Below, in pieces: positions 1 to 7,164 of a DNA stretch of 45,355 nt. The DNA is from an uncultured bacterium. Its GTDB lineage: Bacteria > CSSED10-310 > CAZUFC01. The position numbers were made by a program, and so were the translations under genes. Below the pieces are notes generated by a model. It did no database searches and was not told the DNA's origin. It was given only the letters and a program-made list of their open reading frames with translations. The stretch spans positions 1 to 45,355 of the forward strand of contig CAZUFC010000041.1 of the NCBI GenBank assembly GCA_964619725.1, in the 5' to 3' direction. Positions within the stretch are counted from its first letter, which is position 1, and the number at the start of each line of letters is the position of its first letter.

Positions 1-122
1 TGATCTGTACAGTCGTTTGAAAGCAAAGTAGGGCAATCATTTGAATCGATCGATTGCGATTACGAGCACGAACGCCGCTCCGCTGAGCGCGATAGTTCTG
101 ATTGATTATCGAGATCACAATT

Positions 123-145
123 TGTAACCCCGATTTGATCAGTCC
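123..145. mobile_element. Right-hand terminal inverted repeat of a MITE-like element (family A); the left end lies outside the window
   Basis: TGTAACCCCGATTTGATCAGTCC is 22/23 identical to the reverse complement of 43714-43736 and similar to 43934-43956. Confidence 0.75.
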
Positions 146-262
146 CGAATTTAATAAACCGATTTTTTTTGTTGAGACAAATTGCAATCGGCGTATGATT
201 ATTCCACGATCTTTGTGATTGATAATTCACATTTTTTTTCCTTGTGATTCGTTTCGGTGGAG

Positions 263-294
263 AAACGACAAAACGACAAAACGATAAAACGACA
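263..294. repeat. Octamer tandem repeat (AAACGACA)x4
   Basis: AAACGACA AAACGACA AAACGATA AAACGACA read directly. Confidence 0.9.
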
Positions 295-433
295 AAGGGA
301 CCAAAGGGACATGCTGTTATTTTAACGTCAAATTTTGGAAACACGACTCATCTGTTGTTAAAAGCCGCATTAACCGTGTTACAGTTTCAGCCGTATCGGT
401 TAAATTTAACCACGGTTCTTCCAAAAACCCGAT

Positions 434-554
434 CATCCTCCTGCCATCCAACCAACAACCCATCCCACCACCCAATCGTCCCCCTTCAAACCTTCCAACT
501 TTCCACCCATCCATCCATCCATCCAACGTTCCAATCTTCCAATCCTCCCCCTCC
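434..554. repeat. C-rich degenerate 4/8-mer tandem repeat tract (CCAT, TTCCAATC-type units)
   Basis: ccttcaaa ccttccaa ctttccac ccatccat ccatccat ccaacgtt ccaatctt ccaatcct; almost no G on the + strand. Confidence 0.8.
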
Positions 555-861
555 GTTTCTACTTCTTGAAACGCGGGCAGAAAAATGATAATTGACGGAA
601 GGGCGCGCCAAGGGAAAGCGCTAAGCTGTTTTACATTGAGATGTGGTCAAATGGGAGTTTCATTAATGCGATCCGGCAAACTGTAAAAAATTTAAGGGCA
701 GCGCTGACGTGTACTGTGCAGCCTTAGAGAAAAAGGAAATGGATATCCGGTTTCTTTTGGCGCTTAAGGCAGAATGCGGCATTTGACTTACGGCTGCTTG
801 CCTGTTCTTTTAAATAATGGGAAAATACAGTTCCTGGAGGGTTTGAAGCCGAGTAATCGTT

Positions 862-1677
862 ATGCAAATTAATTTAGCCCAGATCAGCAAATGTGCTGAA
901 AAAACCGGATTGGGAACGGATTTCATTAAAGACAGGATCGAGGTCAACCGCCGCCGAGTTCTTGTCACAAGAGACATATTGCAGAAAAGAGGACTGGATA
1001 TTTCAAAATCTGATGTACTGGAAGTGGGAAGTCATATCGGAATCGGTCTTATTTTGACCGATACGTAGGGAATATGCATCGGTGTTGAATATTTCGGAGA
1101 GAACTGCGCCAGGGCCGGCATCCTGGCTGAGGCTTTCGGAAAGAATTCAGTCGCGTTCATTCGCTGCACGGCAGCCGCGCTTCCCTTTTCAAGCAATACC
1201 TTTGATTTTCTTCAGACGCATCATGTCATTGAACATATTCCTCCTGCAATATGGCCGGAATATTTCAGCGAAGCGGCACGCGTACTGAAACGGGGCGGCA
1301 TCTGTTCCCTTTCCTTTCCTCAGCGTTACTTCCCCATAGAGGGTCATTACATGCTTCCTTTCCTTCATTGGATGCCTCAAAAAATACGGCCGTTTTACGC
1401 TCGCTTTTCACCGCGTTCCAGACATCTCCATGAGGCGAAAAAAACTTACCAGAATACCAATGAAAATAATAAAGAACTGACTATAACCGAAATACCCTCC
1501 TGTCGAACCGTCATCGATTTAGCCTCACGAAATTTTTCAATCATTGAGGATATTACTGGAGAATTTCTTGAGCATCCTCTTATGCAGAAAAGTCTGGGAA
1601 AGTTAAAATCAGGCATCGCAGGCATGCTCATCAATTCCTGGATTTGCCCTGAACGAAAACTGCTGTTGCGCAAATAA
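862..1677 (+). pseudogene. Class I SAM-dependent methyltransferase (Methyltransf_11-like, 271 codons) interrupted by one in-frame TAG at 1066-1068
   Basis: ORFs 862-1068 and 1351-1677 share a frame. Reading through the TAG gives VLEVGSHIGIG ... GVEYF ... ALPFSSNTFDFLQTHHVIEHI ... AARVLKRGG with no other stop. Confidence 0.85.
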
Positions 1678-1716
1678 ATTCAGTAATTCAGAAACCTTAT
1701 TGCAACAAGGAGCGGA

Positions 1717-2790
1717 TCAAACCAGGTTTTCAATTATTCTTTCAATATTCAACTCAGCTTCAGATATCTTCTCTTTCAATAAATCACCGTCATAATCCAC
1801 ATTGAAGACCGTCTCTTTCGGGCCGTCGCCGACAAGGTCGAAATATCGAAGATTCAAATCTTCCGCCAGAGTTGTAACCTTGGGAGAATAAGCTAAAATC
1901 ATAACCGGCTTGCGGGTCAGCAATCCCAGAATGACCGAATGATAGCGCGTCGCTATGATTTTATCCGATTCGCAGAATAGTCTGAAAGCCTCTGCCGGAT
2001 AACGCAGCTTCATCATTATTACATCAAGATCGCTCAATTCCTTATCGTAAAACTCCAGGTCCTCTCCCACAAAAGGAATCAGGTATATATTCGATTTTTT
2101 CGATAGTTCCCTGATTTTTTGCTTTATTTGGGGCAGCCATTTCAGATCGAAAATACCGTTCAGAACCAGGGCTATGTTTTCAGCGCCCTTTTTTTCTGTC
2201 CGACGGCGCTCCTTAAAATATTTCATATTGTAATAGTGCATGAAAAAATTGTTCCTGAGAGAAAAGTCCCTGATATCCGCATTCCTGTCGAACAACCAGG
2301 CCGGACATGCAAGCGTCTCAGGGGATAGTCCTATGGTTTGACGGAGTTCCTCTCGGCTGCCGGCGTCCCTTACTGATACATATTTCGCACTGTGCAGTTT
2401 CATCAGATGAGCCCGGTCGCTCGCTTCAATTCCCGCCAGTCCTTGAGTGCCCACTCCGATGTACATCACGTTTCTGCTTTCAGTTATGAAACTGGTCCTG
2501 AGATAAAGGTTGTTCTTATAGAAAATATGGAAAATACCGCCCCCGCCGGCGACTATGTTTCTGCATGGCGGTTTGGTGCAAAACCTGCTTACCCGCATCG
2601 AACGTATCCCCCTTTTTTTCAGCTCGCTCTTTAAAACTTGTCCGATTGCGATATCCCCGATGTTAGTCGTATAATAACTCCCGTGCAACACTACTTTCGG
2701 TCTGAGAAACCAAACCTTAAGATAATCGAAAAGAGGCATTACCTTTGTCACGAACGATTTTATCCTTGGCGTCGAATATTTGAATCTCAT
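1717..2790 (-). CDS. Polysaccharide pyruvyl transferase family protein (CsaB/WcaK-like)
   Basis: Motifs YYTTNIGD, VAGGGGIF, VSVRD, ACPA, IATRYHSVILG, AYSPKV. Confidence 0.85.
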   Translation of the reverse strand: MRFKYSTPRIKSFVTKVMPLFDYLKVWFLRPKVVLHGSYYTTNIGDIAIGQVLKSELKKRGIRSMRVSRFCTKPPCRNIVAGGGGIFHIFYKNNLYLRTSFITESRNVMYIGVGTQGLAGIEASDRAHLMKLHSAKYVSVRDAGSREELRQTIGLSPETLACPAWLFDRNADIRDFSLRNNFFMHYYNMKYFKERRRTEKKGAENIALVLNGIFDLKWLPQIKQKIRELSKKSNIYLIPFVGEDLEFYDKELSDLDVIMMKLRYPAEAFRLFCESDKIIATRYHSVILGLLTRKPVMILAYSPKVTTLAEDLNLRYFDLVGDGPKETVFNVDYDGDLLKEKISEAELNIERIIENLV

Positions 2791-3830
2791 TTTTGAATGA
2801 TCATGCTTGTTTGAAATTTTCCTGCTGCCGAATCTTGATCTATCACTTGAAGAACATCCTGAACCTGGATTTTCAACATATTGTTTTCTGCGGTTTTAAA
2901 ACGAATACCCGGCCTGGTTCCCCGGAAGGGGTATTTATAGAGTCTCGAATCGGTTCTGCCGATTATCACGGCGTTTTCGTTAAATGGTTTAATCCTCGAA
3001 TAAAGCGTCGGCCCCCATAAAACGTATTGTCTGATTTTAAAAATGGAACCGATATGCATAAGGGATGTGTCTGCGGTTACCAGGGCATCACAATAACTGA
3101 TCATGGCCGCGATCTGATTCAATGTTCCCGAACAGGAGATAATTCCCGGAAGCTTTTTGAACGGTTTTACTTCTTCTTCAGTACCGAGGGCCGTAACGCA
3201 GAAATGTTTTTTAAGCGCTTGAGCGAGCTGTATGAACCTTTCCATCGGCCATTTTTTTTCTTTAATGGCGCTCAGGTTCGGATGTATTCCCATGACAGGC
3301 CTGTCGTCGAATGATTTTTTGATTTTATCGGCCCATGCTCTATCTTCTGCTGAGATGCTGATGGAAAGTTTGTGGGATGCCGACTGCGGGTCGATCCCGA
3401 AGAATTTCAGCAATTCCAGGTTTTGTTGAATATCGTGAAGTTCGCAGTTTGCCGGATGTTTGCAATTGGAAAGACAACTCAGGGTTCTCCAGCGACATTT
3501 TTTGTAGGAATGGATTATTCTTTGTTTGGCTCCGATCAAAAAGGGCAGCAGATGAAATTCCAGGCGATTGGAGGGAAAGCAGGCGAGCGAACTGTCATAT
3601 CTGTTCCTTTTAAGTTTTATTATCAGTTTCATGCGTTCAATCTTCTGCGGCGGCAGTATGTACTTCTGATTAAAGCTATGATCGTTTTTGAATACTGCGG
3701 CCATCTGAGCGCTGCCGAACAGAATGTCGATCGAATATAAATCCTGCCTTAACAAGGCTCTGATCAGCGGACCCTGTAATATTGTATTGCCGATGCCGGA
3801 AACGGAAATAATCAGAAGGCGCTTCTTCAT
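2787..3830 (-). CDS. Glycosyltransferase family 9 (WaaF/RfaF heptosyltransferase-like)
   Basis: SGIGNTIL, GIHP, KKWPMERF, LVTADTSLMHIG, LWGPT. Start placed at MKKRLL (ATG 3830); 4-nt overlap with the downstream gene. Confidence 0.85.
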   Translation of the reverse strand: MKKRLLIISVSGIGNTILQGPLIRALLRQDLYSIDILFGSAQMAAVFKNDHSFNQKYILPPQKIERMKLIIKLKRNRYDSSLACFPSNRLEFHLLPFLIGAKQRIIHSYKKCRWRTLSCLSNCKHPANCELHDIQQNLELLKFFGIDPQSASHKLSISISAEDRAWADKIKKSFDDRPVMGIHPNLSAIKEKKWPMERFIQLAQALKKHFCVTALGTEEEVKPFKKLPGIISCSGTLNQIAAMISYCDALVTADTSLMHIGSIFKIRQYVLWGPTLYSRIKPFNENAVIIGRTDSRLYKYPFRGTRPGIRFKTAENNMLKIQVQDVLQVIDQDSAAGKFQTSMIIQK

Positions 3831-4292
3831 CGAATGGGCAGACCTTGTTGAGACGGACGAGGTGAGATGAGGCTGTTGACAGGAGGGTGATAGAAAATTC
3901 AATTTTATGACCAACCACTACTCCCTTTTTAAATGAAGTCGGGAAAATAAAAAACGGCAAAATCCCCGTTATCCTCATCGATAAATGAAGGGTCCTTCAC
4001 TTGTCGATAAGGACATACGTAGCAGAAAAAGAAAAAGAAGTCAAAGTGTAATAATCAAAGGAAAAGAACAATTGAGATTCATTTTTGGGGCGTGATTTGC
4101 GATTAAGTTTTGAGCTGATTTTTTGAATTGAAAGGGTTCAAAAAGTTCAGTCATTTAAATCACTGGCTTTTAGATGTTCTTCCTGTTCCCAAATCTGGAA
4201 AAAAATACTACTCAGGGATTGAAACAAGTAATATAATTCCGCAGTCGTTTCGTTCAGACAAACCCGCATTTTGTGTTATAAAGCGACGAGTA

Positions 4293-6965
4293 ATGGAAAA
4301 GGCCGAAAACAAGAAAAGAGATGCTGCTGCAATAGTTTTCCTTCTGGTTGGAATCTTGTCTGTCGTTGTGTTGCGTTCGCCGGGGATGTTGAAAGGCGAG
4401 TTATTAGTTCCCGTTGATTCTTTGTGGATGTTTGCTCCCTGGCGGCTTCACCGTCCTGATGCCGTCGGTGTGGAGAATTCTGTTCTGACTGATGTGATTC
4501 AGCAATTTTATCCCTGGACCGTAGCGCTTCACAGGTCTCTTCAGGACGGGATTATTCCTTTATGGAACCCGGACGTGTATTGCGGGGCCCCTTTTTTGGC
4601 GAATCTTCAGTCCCAGGTTATGCATCCTTTTCGATTGCTGTTTCTTCCTGTGCTAGGGCCGGATTACTGGTTTTGTTTTATTATGTTTTGGCGGTTTTCG
4701 GCGGCCGCGTTTTTTACTTACCTATTCATGCGGAAAATCGGGATATCGCGGTTGAGCGGTATATTCGGCGGGTTTGTTTTTTCTCTGGGCGGGTATGTGA
4801 CGGTCTGGGCGGCTTATCCGAAGATTGATGCTGTGGTTTTGCTGCCGGCGGTGTTGTACTTCACTGAATCATATCTTCAAAGAAAAAATGCCGTTTCCTG
4901 GGCGTTTCTTTCCTTTTTTATCGGGTTGCAGTTCCTGGCGGGGCATATTGAAACTACTTTTCTTCTTTCGGCTTTTCCAATTATATATGGAGTTTTGGGC
5001 AGTTTCAGGCGGGAAAAGCCTGTGACGAATCTGTCAGGACTGATTGCGGCCTGGGTTACGGCTTCTTTTTTCGCTGCTTCGGCATATTTGCCTTTTTCTG
5101 AGTATTTATTCGAGAGCGCCCGTATGCGGATGCGCGCGTCCCAGACCGGCGCGCAGGGGACTCTGCCGTTTTATACCGCTATATCCTGGTTGTTTCCGGA
5201 TCGATTCGGATCGCCCATTGTGAATTACGGATATCACGGGCCCCGAAACTACAATGAAATAACGGGGTATATCGGCATCGTCGCCCTGGTTCCGGCCCTG
5301 GCAGGGTTGTTCTCAGCACGCCGGCCCATGCTCAGAATAAGCGCGCTTATGGTCTTTGCGTTCGGATTGACCTACGGTTTGCCGGTCATTTCGCTCGCAG
5401 CGCATGTCATACCGGGATGGCGGTTCTGCTGGCTGAATCGCATGCTGGCTCCCGCGGGTTTTTTTCTGGCTGTCCTGGCCGGCGAAGGGCTCGACAGACT
5501 GCAAAAAAAGAATAAAGGCATTATGACGGCTGCATTTTTTCTTGCCGGCGTTTTTGTCGCCGCTTTTTTCTGCAGGCATCCTTCGCCGGGCGCTGATGAA
5601 GCCGCAGCAATAATTCATCGCCATAATATTATTCTGCATGTTCTTTTTGCCGTTGCAGCCGCTGCAGTCGTCACGTTCATAAAACGCAGGGGCGTATTAA
5701 TTATGATTTTTCTGGCTCTTATCGACTTATGCTTTTTCGGCTGGGGGTATCTGCCCACCCAGGATAAATCGAACATATTCCCGGTTACCCCTGAAATTGA
5801 GTCACTGAAAGAAGCGCAGGCCGGAGGAAGAATGACCGCGGTTCATCCCAGCCTCTTACCTGAATCCGGACTGGTCTATGGTCTCAGATACGTCGACGGG
5901 CATGATTCTTTAATTCCGTGGAGAATAGACCGGCTTCTGAAAGAATTGCGAGAGGACCCTGAGGATCGCTGGACCACGCCTTTGAAAAACTTTCAGAATC
6001 CCTTGTGGGATGTAATGGGGGTGAGAGGACTGTTGACGCAATATCCGCCTGTTTCCTCATTCAGGGAATTGATTTTGAATGAATATGAATCGCAACGGGA
6101 AGACATCGGTCATTTCGGTGAGATAAAGGGCGTTCGGGTGGTCAGTTCTATGGAGGTCAGAAAAAGAATCGAAAAAGGGGAAACAGCGGCAGTATTAAAC
6201 TTCGAGTTTCCCGGCGGTGAAAAGAAACTTTTTCCGGTGAGATTCGGTCTGGAAACGGATGATTACGCCGGCGGTCAGGCGCGTTTGCATCGAGTCGTTA
6301 CCGGCAAGACGGGTCGTAAATTTAATTTCTATGAAGCTGTTTTTCAATGGGAAGAGCCCTTGAAACCGTCATTATGCATAATTGAAATGAAAACGGATGC
6401 CGGCCGATTAATTGTGGACTTCATCGAACCGTTGGACGGGAAATGGCGGTTTTTTGCCCGGGATGCTATGTATGTTTACGAAAACATCCAGGCTTTGCCG
6501 AAAGCCGTCTGGATATCTGAAGCAAAGTATGTATCGGATGAAGAGGCTTTAAACATGCTTGTTTCAGGAGGTATCGAACCGGGTGGGATTTTGTTGTTGC
6601 CGCCGGCGTATGAGGACAAGATCGCCGGAGGTTCCTCGAACGGGCGGGGAACATGCAAGATTGAAAAACAGTCGAGACATGAAGTCGTCATAAAAACAGA
6701 ATCAGACGAAGCCGGGTTTTTATTTTGCAATCAGACGTTTTTTCCGGGGCGAAAAGCTTCTATCGACGGCCGGTCGGCTCAAATATTGCGAGCCCATTAT
6801 GCTTTCACTGCCGTAAACGTTCCTCCGGGAACGCATAAAGTGCGGCTGACCTATGAACCGTTCTCTTTTCGATGGGGATTGTTTCTGAGTCTGCTGAGTC
6901 TGACTGTCATCACCGGGGTCCTATGCGTCAAATTAAGGGAAAGAATTGTTAAACCCTTTCAGTGA
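4293..6965 (+). CDS. YfhO-family polytopic membrane protein (GT-C-type glycosyltransferase)
   Basis: DVIQQFYPW, PLWNPDVYCGAPFLANLQ, many TM segments, C-terminal FPGRKASIDG...RAHYAFTAVNVPPGTHKVRLTYEP plus a final TM helix. Start placed at MEKAENKK. Confidence 0.85.
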   Translation: MEKAENKKRDAAAIVFLLVGILSVVVLRSPGMLKGELLVPVDSLWMFAPWRLHRPDAVGVENSVLTDVIQQFYPWTVALHRSLQDGIIPLWNPDVYCGAPFLANLQSQVMHPFRLLFLPVLGPDYWFCFIMFWRFSAAAFFTYLFMRKIGISRLSGIFGGFVFSLGGYVTVWAAYPKIDAVVLLPAVLYFTESYLQRKNAVSWAFLSFFIGLQFLAGHIETTFLLSAFPIIYGVLGSFRREKPVTNLSGLIAAWVTASFFAASAYLPFSEYLFESARMRMRASQTGAQGTLPFYTAISWLFPDRFGSPIVNYGYHGPRNYNEITGYIGIVALVPALAGLFSARRPMLRISALMVFAFGLTYGLPVISLAAHVIPGWRFCWLNRMLAPAGFFLAVLAGEGLDRLQKKNKGIMTAAFFLAGVFVAAFFCRHPSPGADEAAAIIHRHNIILHVLFAVAAAAVVTFIKRRGVLIMIFLALIDLCFFGWGYLPTQDKSNIFPVTPEIESLKEAQAGGRMTAVHPSLLPESGLVYGLRYVDGHDSLIPWRIDRLLKELREDPEDRWTTPLKNFQNPLWDVMGVRGLLTQYPPVSSFRELILNEYESQREDIGHFGEIKGVRVVSSMEVRKRIEKGETAAVLNFEFPGGEKKLFPVRFGLETDDYAGGQARLHRVVTGKTGRKFNFYEAVFQWEEPLKPSLCIIEMKTDAGRLIVDFIEPLDGKWRFFARDAMYVYENIQALPKAVWISEAKYVSDEEALNMLVSGGIEPGGILLLPPAYEDKIAGGSSNGRGTCKIEKQSRHEVVIKTESDEAGFLFCNQTFFPGRKASIDGRSAQILRAHYAFTAVNVPPGTHKVRLTYEPFSFRWGLFLSLLSLTVITGVLCVKLRERIVKPFQ

Positions 6966-6991
6966 TTTTGAACTGATCCATCCCACTCAGG

Positions 6992-7074
6992 TTTGCGCTC
7001 CCCTGCGATCGTTCAATCCCAGGCTCCGCTGTCCGGTCCCTTAAGCCTTAAGGATCGCCAGGGATGCGCACAAA
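6992..7074. repeat. Imperfect long inverted repeat between convergent genes (possible terminator or REP-like element)
   Basis: TTTGCGCTCCCCTGCGATC ... GATCGCCAGGGATGCGCACAAA. Confidence 0.5.
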
Positions 7075-7164
7075 TCGTAAGGAATGTCTGATCGTCCATA
7101 GAAGTCGCGAAGCGATAAGGCTGCTGCATGCCGGAGCATCAGCCATACAGCATTCAGCTTCAGT

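Noticed and set aside
60-588. ORFs 60-344, 244-588 and 317-526
   Set aside because: They are translations of the micro-repeat tracts and an element end; low complexity and no protein motifs.
721-770. Imperfect hairpin GCCTTAG...GGATATCC...CTTAAGGC upstream of the methyltransferase
   Set aside because: Many mismatches and no second copy in the window, so it cannot be assigned.
1066-1068. Genome-wide TAG reassignment
   Set aside because: TAG terminates the hybrid kinase, nrdR, PP2C, gatC and the 35962-37083 gene at plausible natural ends.
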